Below are positions 22,301 through 33,300 of a DNA stretch of 35,373 bases, piece after piece. The stretch is taken from positions 1 to 35,373 of the forward strand of contig JAUCBJ010001801.1 in NCBI GenBank assembly GCA_032718475.1, read 5' to 3'. Under the pieces are notes generated by a model that was not told the DNA's origin, did no database searches, and worked only from the letters and a program-made list of their open reading frames with translations. Every line of letters begins with the position of its first letter. The stretch's first letter is position 1. The position numbers and the translations under genes were made by a program. The stretch comes from Nemertoderma westbladi. Its lineage: Eukaryota; Animalia; Xenacoelomorpha.

Positions 22301-23380
22301 ATCGACGCGCTAAAGACCAGGATCGAGCTACCTCCAGTGGAGCCATTCAAATTCGATGGTAGTAAACCGGAGGAATACCTGCAATTCCGGCGTATGTAAA
22401 GCAATGAAATACTAACGGAGAACTTGACACAGACGGAGTGCCTTAAATACTTACAAGTCTACACAGGGGGGCCAGCATACGACATTCGACAGTCAGTACC
22501 AAGGTATTGAAGGAGGATTCACAACTGCATGGCGAGCCCTGGACAGGGAATTCGGGCATCCTGCGAAGATCATCCGACAAACATTAAGGGAATAACATCA
22601 GGCGGACTACAGGATAACCCTGTCAGCATTAAGACCTTCGTGAATAAAGTCGAAAAGGCGCTGATTGTGTTAAAGACCCTAGATGCACCTTACGAACTCA
22701 ACGCATCGAATAACATCACTACAATAGCGCAGGCACTACCGATCATCTGGCTGAGGAACAAGTGGAGAAAGATCGCCTTTTCCATCCGGGAGAAGAAAGG
22801 TGTGGAGCCAGGGCTGGAGGAGATGTCGAACTTCCTTAACTATGAGGCGGAATTGATTACAGATCCAGTCTACAGCGAGGACAGTTTGGGGAGGGCGCCG
22901 AAAGCTGAATACAACAGGCCTAAACCCAAACACAGTGCGGCGAATGCACTACCAAAATTAAGACAGTCACTACTGTACACGGCAACACAGGGGACTTGTA
23001 GTCCACAGGCGGCTGGGAGTAGGGCCACACTGTGGCAGGGACAGAGACAAAACAACAACACGAACAAATATAATCCCAATACCCCCAGTAGGCCGAGTCC
23101 AAATAACCAAAACACTAAACCGCTAGATATAAATCTACATGCGATACGTGATGCGCTATTCAAGGAATGCTACAATTCAAAATACATAAAAACACATTCC
23201 ATAAGACCATGAACTGCAAGCATTGGCAGGCGTTGCTTAAACAAGATTGGGTAGCCTACGCTGGTATAAATGGACTATGTCATCAATGCATGGTAGGAGA
23301 ACACAGATTCAAAGAGTGTAGAGAAACACCAAGAAAACACGACGAGGTAGATGGAAGTAGAGGCCAAACGATGGCGACAA
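19367..23380 (+). pseudogene. Disrupted gag region with a very long N-terminal extension
   Basis: Chain of + strand ORFs. Pao-type gag core LPPVEPFKFDGSKPEEYLQF near 22330; degenerate Cys/His motif GLCHQCMVGEHRFKEC near 23270; upstream charged, Asn-rich and Gly-rich segments. Confidence 0.75.
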
Positions 23381-26300
23381 GCACCATGGGAGCGAAGAGA
23401 AGGGGAACGGTACTACTCGGGGTGGTACCGGTGAGGATAATAGGAGAGATGACGTTAATGTTGATCGACAGCGGAGCAGCGTTCAAACTAGCGGAAAGTT
23501 GGGTGGCCGAAGAGATAGGGTTGCAGACAAGGCCAAGCAAAATGGCGGTAACTACTATCTCGAGTAAGGATGAGGTCTTGAGGATGAGAACGAGACGTTG
23601 TGAAATATCAGCCATAGCACCAGGGTGCGATTATGGGGCGACCATCGACCCCATCAAAATAATAGAATCGATTAATATAAACGCCAGGCGGCCCACAAGG
23701 ATCGAGGTCGAGCAATACCGGTTCCTGGACGATATCGATTTCTCCGTACCTGAACTGGACGTCTCGAAGGTATCTCTCATAGTCGGCATGGACTGCCCGA
23801 CGGCCTACGAGAGACTACGGACCATATTCTGAGGGGATAGGGAGTGAGATCCAATGGCGATTCTTACACCATTCGGATGGACACTTAGCGGCCCAATTAA
23901 GACCAAAATCCCGTTCAGCGTATTGGAATCCTCAGGGTGCATGTTTGCGGGCATAATGAGAGAAATGGAGGATGAAGGAGCAGAGGAGCAACTCAAGAGG
24001 CTGCTGCGGCAGGACTTCGAGGGATTGAAGGAGACCGGGGTCGGGACCTCGGTGGAGGACAAGCAGGCGCTGGAGAGCGTCAAGAACTTGATGAAGTGTG
24101 AAGGGGGGCGGTATACCATAGGGATGGTATGGAAACAACCGAAGTTACCGCTACCAGACAATAAAAGGATGGTGCTGACGAGGCTTCGAAAACTGAAGCA
24201 GACACTCAGGCGGAACCCTGGGGAGGATGAATACATCCACAGGATGATTAAGAAATACATGGACAAAGGGTGGGCGGCCGTGGAGTTACTGGTCGATGAA
24301 CCAAACATGGACAGGACCTAATATTTGCCACTGCATATGGCTTTGGACCCTAAGAAGGGTAAACTACGAATGGTGGTCGACGCATTCAAAATTGCCATTC
24401 AAAATGAATGGCAAGAGCTTGAATGATTATTTACAACTCGGGGATAGAGGTACTGTTGAGATTCAGAAATGGAAGACACGCCTTCACATGCGACATTGAA
24501 GGCATGTTCAACCAAGTCCGAGTGATGGAGGAAGACAGCAATAGTCAGCGCTTCCTGTGGTACAACGGTGATGGAGAACCGTCGGAGATACCGATGTACA
24601 AGATGGTAGTGCAGAACATGGGGGCCAAATCGTCCTCATTCACAATGACTACAGCTGTAAGAGATACGGTGGAGGGTAAGGAAGGAGAATACAGTGGGAA
24701 GGCGATCGACATGATTCAACGCGGATTCTATGTGGACGATGGGATGGGATCTGGAAACACAGTTGAAGAAATACTCGAGATAGGGGCAAAGTTCGTGACA
24801 TCCTAAAAGGATCCGGGTTCAACCTTACAATATTCCAGTCCAACTCCAAGGAATTCATGGAGGCCATAGAGGATAAACGACCAGAGGCAACGATGGACAA
24901 CCCCACAACGGCCAAGGGACAGATTATGGCAGATAAGAGGGTGGAGTCGCAGCAAAAGGCGCTAGGAATCGTGTGGAACCAGGAGACGGATGAGTTGGAG
25001 TATCAACTAAGTCAAGAGGGCACTGAAATCCATACTAAACAAGGCTATGTATCGTACATAGCAAGGATATACGATCCCCTAGGCCTAGCATCCCGATTGT
25101 TAGTTACGGGGAAGCAAATACTGAAGAAAGTGTATTAGTTAAAGGACGATTGGGATGTGGAGGTCCCGGAGGAAATAAGTAGACAGTGGAACAAGTGGAC
25201 GGGCGTCTTGAGGGGATGGGGACGTACATTTCGCCACGCGTGTACTTCCCCGACGGAGACATGACGGATCTGGATCTGCATATGTTTTCTGATGCATCCT
25301 TGGAAGCATACAGAGTGGCACTTTATTTGGTACAGCGAAAGGGGGCTCATAAGCCCAGGCTTGCGTTTAGTAAAGCGAAGTCGACGCCACCAGATTCAGC
25401 ATCAGTGACGAAACTCGAGCTAACGGCTGCGAGGAGAGGAGTAAGGGTGACAGCATACTTGATGGACACTATACCCAACATAGTGGAGACACACTATTGG
25501 ACAGATTCGATGGTAGTGTTAGGGTGGCTACACAACGAGAAGACACGATACCCTATATTTGTGGCGAACAGGGTAGACGAGATAAGGGCAATGACCAATC
25601 TGGAAAAGTGGCACTACTGCCCAACCGACGACAATCCAGCAGATCTGTTATCGAGGGGCATTGATGCTTTCTCGAGAAAGCAGGAGTTATGGCAGCATGG
25701 GCCGCACTTTCTTAACAATAGGTCAAGCTGGCCACCAATGAGGAAGGTAGACCCAGGTACGGAGGAAGTAGCAGTAGAAGAGGAGGGAGAGGAATCGGAA
25801 GTGGAAGAGATATACAGCCAATTGGCGAGGGAGATTAAGGAGGTGCCACCGAAACCGAGAGAACCATCAACCGACAACCCAACGGATAGGTTGCTCAGTT
25901 AGATCTCCAGCTGGTACAAGACTAAGAAGCTGGTAGCATATTTGAGGGCCTACGGGGATTTCCTCAGGGGAGTTGGTAAGGATACCAAAACGAGACCCAT
26001 TATCGATCTGGAAGGGGTGGCCAAAGCCGTGATATGATACGAACAAAGGTAGGGGTACGCAGATGAAGTGAACAGAGTCAGCAAGCGCCTTCATCAAGAC
26101 AGCGAACTCAATCCGCTGTCTCCGCAATTGAATGATGACGGGATCCTGGTGATGAATTCCAGAGTGGTAAACAACAACAGCCTAGTCATTCCACCGAAAC
26201 CTATATTAGTCCCCAATAAGTCACCAATAGTCCACCAGATCATATGTGATCGCATAAATCGATACTACATGGAGGTACCAATCAAACCCTGACAGAGATA

Positions 26301-27357
26301 CGGAAGACGTTCTGGGTTATCCAACTTAGGAAGAAGGTAAAGGCGGTAGTGGGGCAGTGCCAGACCTGCCGACGGACGAAGAGAGGGCCGTGCAGGAGAT
26401 GGCGCCATTACCGGCCAACAGAGTGAGGCATCACGACCCACCATTTACATACTGCGGCGTGGACATGTTCGGGCCGATTAAGATAAAGGTGATGTGGCAT
26501 ACAGAGAAACGCTACGGCATTATCTTTGTCTGCAATAACACGAGGGCGGTGGGAATAGAACTTGCACAGGACACTACGGCGTCGGCATTTATTAATGCCT
26601 TAGAGAGGTTTGTGACCTGCAGAGGAGGGTCGGTAGAGGTGTTATATTCAGATAACGGGACCAACTTCGTGGGCGCGGAGAACGAGTTGGCCAAGGCTCT
26701 CGACATCCTAGAGGGAGATGATGTCAGGGCGGCGGTGAGGAAACATCTCATAAAGGGGGAGAGGAGAACGCCATACTCGCCACATACATTAGGGTGTATG
26801 GAGAGGCTTGTGGGAAGCTCCAAATGCCTGATGACCAAACTGATGAACAACCATATGGTCACCGAAGACGTATTGAGAACGTGTTAGCCAAATGCGAGGG
26901 GATCATTAATAGCCGACCGCTATATCCTGAGAACGACGACCCGGAATCACTGGACGTCCTAATACCGGTTTATTTACTCATGTTGAGGCCGGTGACGATT
27001 AACATGCGAAGTGTAGATCCAGACGACATACATTTGCGTCAAAGCTGGAAAGTCGCCAAGGCAATAAGTGCGGAGTATTGGACGAGATGGATACAAGAGT
27101 ATCTTCCAACACTACATAAGAGGAGCAAATGGAGGAATACTAGCAGACAACTCAAGAAGGGTGACTTGATAATTGGCACAGACAACACAATTATCAATAA
27201 CCAGTGGAGGCTAGCCAGGGTAGTAGAAACCTACCCCGACGAGGACGGAAGGATTAGGTCGGTGGAAGTGAGGATCGGAGGAAAGATAGGGGCCAAAGAT
27301 AGGAAGACCTACAGGAGGGCGGTAGGAAAGTGTTGCCTATTGGAAGGGTCACCTTAG
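23381..27357 (+). pseudogene. Disrupted pol: aspartic protease, RT, RNase H, integrase
   Basis: LIDSGA (protease); CDIEGMFNQV and FYVDD (RT); IYDPLG; HMFSDAS, ELTAA, WTDS and NPAD (Pao RNase H); GVDMFGP, SDNGTNFVGA and ERLV (integrase); BEL/Pao C-terminal WIQEYLPTLHKRSKW...WRLARVVETYP...GRIRSVEV. Confidence 0.95.
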
Positions 27358-27493
27358 AGTTTAATCGTCCAATATATTGGACTGAGGGGGGGTGGGAATG
27401 AGGGTGAGACGCCCTTCCCACACATAAAACAAAAATAATGAAAATATACAAGCAAAATAATAAAATAAGTACTTAGTAATGTAGGTAGTAGAT

Positions 27494-27885
27494 AGTAGTA
27501 GGGTACATAGTACTGTAGAACCTGTGGGCACTGAGGGCGCCACGTGAGGAATTGAGGGGTATGTACGCATACCATAGTAATAGGGTACATAGTACCATAG
27601 AACCTGTGGGCACTGAGGGCACCACATGAGGAATTGAGTGGTATGTATGCATACCATAGTAGTAGGGTACATAGTGAGTACCATAGAACCTGTGGGCATT
27701 GAGGGCGCCACATGAGGAATTGAGGGGTATGTATGCATACCATAGTAGTAGGGTACATAATGAGTACCGTAGAACCTGTGGGCACTGAGGGCGCCACGTG
27801 AGGAATAGAGGGGTATGTACGCATACCATAGTAGTAAGGTACACAGTACCATAGAACTTGTGGGCACTGAGGGCGCCACGGAGGG
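27494..27885. repeat. Tandem array of 82-86 bp units (about 4.7 copies) inside the retrotransposon
   Basis: gaac(c/t)tgtgggca(c/t)tgagggc recurs at 27518, 27600, 27686, 27772 and 27854. Confidence 0.95.
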
Positions 27886-28356
27886 AACAGGGGGGCACGT
27901 GGGTACAGCAGGATAGACCGTGTAGGCCGCACAAAACAGACTACTGTACCGCACAGCCCGTAGTGTAAGTATAGGCTATTTGTTGCAGGGCCAGAAAGCT
28001 GTCTGGTAGGAAGCTAGTGCAGTAATAAAATTATAGCTAGTCTTCCCTGTATACAAATAGAGGGGTTACTTAAGTAAGTAATCCGGCAACAGTTGTTAAT
28101 AGCACAGGGAGGGGGAATATAAATAATATTAAAAATTAATAAATTATAGCAACTGGGGGGAGGGAAATCTAGAATCATAATTAAAGTAACAGACAAATTT
28201 TACAAATTGGAGGAAATTCGCACTTTGGGGGGTATATTTGCAAAACTATACCAAGAAAGTACAACCTAGGACGTAGGCCATTACTGAACGAAACTTATAA
28301 CATCCTGTTTAACGGCCCTCACTTAAATTGAGCCTTTGTAAGGCCCCACCAATTGG

Positions 28357-30949
28357 GTGAGCGCGGGAAAGTTCGTGATGGCGGAGAGGTTAGTAAAGAA
28401 GAGAAAGGCGGAGAAGACTGGAAAGGAGTTACTAGTGGACTTCATGCAGAGGCATCCGGAGGAGAAGACGAAAGGATACTACAAACTGCTACCGAAGGGT
28501 CACAAAGCGCACGCGCTACAGGACCAGTTTAGGGAGATGCACGAGCGACGACTGGTTGGGACCTACGGGACGCCGTCGTTGGACAATGCGATCCTCGAGC
28601 ATTTTCGCTATGTAGTAAAGGGGGATGAGGCGAAGTTCAGGATACCGAAGTATCCGAGGGAACCACCGAGGAAGGAGTGGAGGAGGTTTGTAGAATCCGT
28701 GAGCAGGGGCGGGACTGTGGAGGATGATGAGGGCTCGAGAAGGGGGTCGGCGGGATTGGCTAGAACTAAACTACTGCATTTGGCAGCGCCAAACGGAGAT
28801 ATCTTTCTATTCGACCTGGGGACCTACGGAAAGAAGAGCGGGCCAAAGCTGAACTGGTTGCCGAGGGCAGTGCAGGACCTTGTGAGACAGAAGACTACAG
28901 TTAAGGTGGGATCGGCGATCCGCGACGACGCGGACAGGATAAATGGACCGGACACCCCCAATCTCCTGGACATGCAAGTAGTCTATATGGCCATGACGGC
29001 GCCAGAGGGGTTGGGATTGGTGGAGAACACGGGACATTGTGGAGCCGTGGCGATGGGCCAACTGATGGGGCTCGTCTGCCACAAGCCGATGGACTGGGGC
29101 AAGTTCCGAGAGGAGTATGGAGCGGAACTTGCGAACTCGCTGAAATGGGGAGCGAGACCAGAAAAGCAGGAGGTATATCAGTTCCGAAGGGGAGCGATAA
29201 AGATATATCAGAAGAGATATATCTTACAGGAGGATTGGATAAAGATAGGTTTATTAAACCTATTCATTGCCGTGGTTATCGGAAGAGAGCCGACGGCATT
29301 TCTACTATCAGGAGCACCTCTAAATCACAGGAGAGCCTTTAAGGTAGCCTTTGAGGGTCTTGTGGACCACTCAGGGCTGAAGGGCGAGTTGGTATACTAC
29401 GATAGCCGACACCTTGTGGACAGAGAGGTGGACACACCGTATAAGAGGTGGAAGAAGTTGGAAGCGGATAGAGTCGAGGAGAGGAGACTGGAGGAGGTCG
29501 CGAGGAGAGAAAGGAGGGAGGCAGCGGAGAGAGAAGCGGATATAAGGGGAGAGGAATACGAGTTCGAAGCCCAGAACCTGGACGAACTGAGGTGGGGATC
29601 GGAGACCTCAGGCGAGTTTCTGGGGGACGAACTGGGATGGATGGAAGGATCACTGAAACAGTCGACATCGGGATTGCAAGCAATGCCCATACCAGGGGGC
29701 TCCGAGGGCAATTTTGGAAGGAAGAAACGGAGGGAGCTGGAGGGGTGGAAAGTCATGTGTGGAAAGCAAGGTGGAAAGGGACATAGTGGATCTACCGGGT
29801 TCTGTTCCACTCCCGGCGAGAGAGGAAGATGACGACGAGTTCGGGGGGGTAATGCCGCCGATAGAGAGAATTGCGACCCCAGTGGGGGAAGAGAAGGAGG
29901 ACGAGTTTGGCGCGATGCCGCCGATTGAGAGGATTGGCCAATCGGATACGGACTGGGTGGGCGGGAGGGTGGTGACGGCCAGCGGGGCGAGAGCCTTCTG
30001 GGACAAACCCGGCAAGCGGGCCTGGGAGCACGGGGAGCCGGCGATGGATTTTGCGGCAAGTACAATCAGGTTGGGTGAGCAACCGGGTACGGCACCACGA
30101 GTAGTGTTTGGGGAGACGATGCCGAGGGTGGAGGAAGACGTCGACATGGGTAGGGACCACAGCGTCCAGATGTTTGCCTATCAGCGGCTCCATAGACCCA
30201 GGAGATCACGCGGGGCCAAGGACGACTTGGGGCGGGACGCATTGATACATGGCTGTGATTACTGTGGGAGACTAACCCACCAGGAAAAGAGCTGCCTGTA
30301 TCGTTTCCAGAATTTGACGGCCTGTCTCTACTGCCGCGAGTCGACCCATAGGATGGGTGCATGTCCGAGGCTGCACAAACGATGCTCAAAGTGCAACTTT
30401 TGAGGGCACTTTGGGCGTCAGTGCGATTGGATGGACGACGAAGAGAAGTTCAGGATCTTCGAGGAGTGGGCCGACGTCGGTGTCATGACACAGCAAAGGA
30501 TGAAGGCCCAGGAGTTCCGGTAGGGCTTCTTTAATATTATTAAGGAGATTATTAAGAGGAGACTACCATTCACATATCAGGAGGTAGAGACAGCGGCATC
30601 GTATGGAGGAGTCATTAACACTCAGAGATACCTAGACAGATGGTCGCCAGAAAATAGAGTCGAGTTCAGGGACTTTCTGGCGGAGCATGTGCCGCGGGCG
30701 ATAAAAAGGATCCTGTGGGACGCTACCAGAGGGAAACAGGAGGGACACTCAGAGGGACCACCTGCGAAGCGATACCAGGAGTTGATAACACCTGCGCCCA
30801 TAGAACCAATGATGGGGCTTAGTAAGACGGTATCGGCAAGGATGAGGAGTCTCCAGGAGGATAAACCGGAGGGAAGGAAACAGCCCAGACAAGATGACGA
30901 TAGGGGCAAAGAACTCAGATGGTTCCCAAAGATGGGAGGAACGAACTAG
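28357..30949 (+). pseudogene. Extra retrotransposon ORF: DEDDy/WRN-like 3'-5' exonuclease domain, charged coil and 3 CCHC zinc knuckles (one frameshift, two stops)
   Basis: 491-aa ORF with D-x-E (VEDDEG), LLHLA...IFLFDL, LP..V..L...KVGSAIRDDA..I, LLDMQ and QKRYILQED. The shifted frame (29714-30949) has CDYCGRLTHQEKSC, CLYCRESTHRMGAC and CSKCNF*GHFGRQC. Confidence 0.75.
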
Positions 30950-31640
30950 AACTCAGGAACAGGGGTGTGGGTGTGCCTGGAAGGCACCACATGTAGGAAA
31001 GAGTACAAACTCCTAAGTGCAAATAATCAAGTGCAATTAGTATGTACGTACGTAAAGATAATTAATTAATAATCAAATATATAATCAATGTAAGTACTAT
31101 AGTCATATATAACCTTTTCCAACTAGCTACTGGGATTGGGGACCAATTGACTACGACAGGAGGACGAGACATTAGACGGATCCCATTTCTCAAGTGCGGC
31201 CGCACTAATGAGAATGTGGGAGCCTGACAGGAGGGAATGGAGAACGGAACAAAATATCGGTTGAGTACAGGGGAATTGGGGGAAGTATGGGGAGGATGCG
31301 TAGGGGTGTGAGGAAGTGAGAGGAGTGCAATTCAAGTGTGGGGAGCGAGCATTGAGGGAGGATGAGTCCCAAAGGGACTGGTAAGAGAGGAAGGGACAAA
31401 GGTCCATGAGGAAAATTTGAAGAAAATAGTGTGGAGAGTGAGGACAATGATCTCGAACAGAGACGCCAGATACCTTGGTGTAACATAGCTCGCGATTGCA
31501 CCAAGGATGGGTAGCAATAACAGACCCAGAGGGGCGGTCTGGAAAGCCGACCCCGAGAAGAAATCTCCACCCCACATCCAATATTAGATTGGGTTCCAGC
31601 AGAATTGAAGCGCACTTAAGGTTGATGCTATCTTCTCACT

Positions 31641-31661
31641 GGGAAGATAGCATGGGGGGAG
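31641..31661 (+). other. Polypurine tract
   Basis: gggaagatagcatggggggag directly abuts the 3' LTR. Confidence 0.8.
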
Positions 31662-32278
31662 TGTAAGCGGATTCAATTCCCTACACCACCCACCAAAAAT
31701 GGGACCTGTGGCATTTTACCAATATAGTTGGCGATGCGAGATTACCAATAAATAATCTCGCCTCATAACCAACTCGGGGGGGGGGGCGACACACGCCCTA
31801 AGCCACAGAGAGAGGTGAGTGGTCAAACCACCTCAGAGGGACAACCCAGCTAGCGAGGCTAGCACCAGGGGGTAACACCTACAGGGAGTGACGAAGTGAC
31901 AATTAGTATATAAGCCAATAGCGGGCAGGGAAGCACGTGGGGAAGGACAGGAGGGCATCCATTGGGTACCAAAGGCCACAGTAGTGTAGAGCTGAAACCA
32001 ATATGTATCAATCATATAGTTACTCTGATTAGCTACCGGCATAGCTTTGATCGTCTTTTTATATGATAATTTATATTACTATACTGTTGCTGTCGTCATT
32101 TGTATAACAATCTATATTGTCATTTATATTCGACTGTGCTATTATCACTGGAATTATTAATACTGAGAAACAAACTCTATTATTTTCCCCAATGGCCTTC
32201 GGCCAAACATATTAGCCCAGCAGCCAAGTGACGCGTACAATCTTTCCCGGTCAGGATCTCCGAGTCGATCCCGTCACA
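31662..32278 (+). repeat. 3' LTR (617 bp)
   Basis: Direct repeat of the 5' LTR, with roughly two dozen substitutions counted by eye and one ~35-40 bp indel. Confidence 0.96.
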
Positions 32279-32283
32279 CCGAT

Positions 32284-32432
32284 TGCTCCCGAATTAAAAG
32301 TTATGATTGCTTTGCGCTACCTTGCTAGCGATTCACGCCTTCCACATTGACCAATGCACTGTTTCTAGAGCTGTCGATGAAGTGATCGACAATTTGGCCC
32401 CCTTAGTTGGAAAGTTTGTTTATTTTCCAACT
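32284..32432 (+). pseudogene. PIF/Harbinger transposase remnant, 3' part
   Basis: APELKVMIALRYLAS followed by frameshifted TVSRAVDEVIDNL and GKFVYFP, matching the HARBI1-type helix-turn-helix region. Confidence 0.7.
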
Positions 32433-32764
32433 CATCGTGCGTATTATGTTATATAGGTTAGATTAATTATTTAACACGTACTATTTTTAAACGATATATT
32501 GTGGAGGAGGATTTAACGTGGTATTTCGTTTTTTTGTTGTTGTAGAAGTAACATTTTTTTTTTGGGGGGGGGGGGGGGGGTGGGTGGGGGGGTGACATCA
32601 CTTTAAACTGGCATTTATTGCCTGACTATTGCAAATAGGGGGGGGGGGGGGGGGAGGGGGGGGACTGGACGCAATAAAAATGCATCCCTCTCCAGGGGAA
32701 ATTCGACGCAAATAACAGCTGATTACTCTCATAATTGAAACTGTAACCTTTTCTATTGTGTCTA

Positions 32765-32817
32765 GTTTATTGTTTTTGTTATAATAACGTTCCTCTGTAA
32801 ACTGCTCCATTCCCTAA
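32765..32817. repeat. Interspersed repeat terminus, copy 3 of 3
   Basis: tttattgtttttgttataataacgttcctctgtaaactgctccattccctaa, homologous to 355-405 and 15676-15730. Confidence 0.55.
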
Positions 32818-33300
32818 ATTGAGAATTTAACACTGAGGCGGGTTATTAATTCGCCAAGATGGGATGGGATTGATGTTGATTACTGGATGGTTTACTGACA
32901 TAAAATTTCGATATAACCAAAACATTTCCGTTCTGCTGGAACTGTTTATTTGATATTCAATAAATTTACTTCACTATTTTTACTTCGGGATCCTGGTACA
33001 AAAATCTCCTAGGGCGAAACTATTGCCAAGAATGTAACAAGAATAGTAAAGGAGTTACAAGAATGTAACTCCGAAAAAAACATAAAGTTGGTAACGTTGA
33101 CGTGTTTATATTGAGTCACCACTATTTTAAATACGTCCAAGGTACTCAACCATAAAATAAATCACATTTGATAAAAATTGACTGTTTGTTCCACGCTGAG
33201 CCTAAACTACGCCGACTTTGGGTTAGTTTGTAGGCCGCGGAAAATGTCGACTTTGGAAAAACGCACAGAAACATCGCCTAAGATCTACAACATTTATATC

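Larger units (their letters stand above)
18653..32278 (+). mobile_element. Full-length, inactivated BEL/Pao LTR retrotransposon (13.6 kb) with an extra ORF
   Basis: Paired TG...CA LTRs, 5-bp TSD CCGAT (18648-18652 and 32279-32283), PPT before the 3' LTR, and gag-PR-RT-RNaseH-IN order with Pao-type motifs. Many stops and frameshifts. Confidence 0.96.

Noticed and set aside
27494-27885. Hammerhead ribozyme repeats
   Set aside because: No CTGANGA and GAAA core in the correct arrangement was found on either strand.
27354-27954. Three overlapping minus-strand ORFs of 150-200 aa
   Set aside because: They are artefacts of the 82-86 bp tandem array; the same peptides rotate through the frames.
28357-29832. 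Envelope (env) gene
   Set aside because: There is no signal peptide or Cys-rich ectodomain; the motifs fit an exonuclease fold plus zinc knuckles.
31123-31615. Additional ORF near the 3' LTR
   Set aside because: The + frames are interrupted by stops, and the minus-strand ORFs are shadows of purine-rich sequence with no recognisable motif.
32563-32663. Poly-G tracts as a functional G-quadruplex or poly-Pro ORF
   Set aside because: Similar G homopolymers are scattered throughout the window (e.g. ~2418, ~18766, ~20572), and nothing marks this one as functional.
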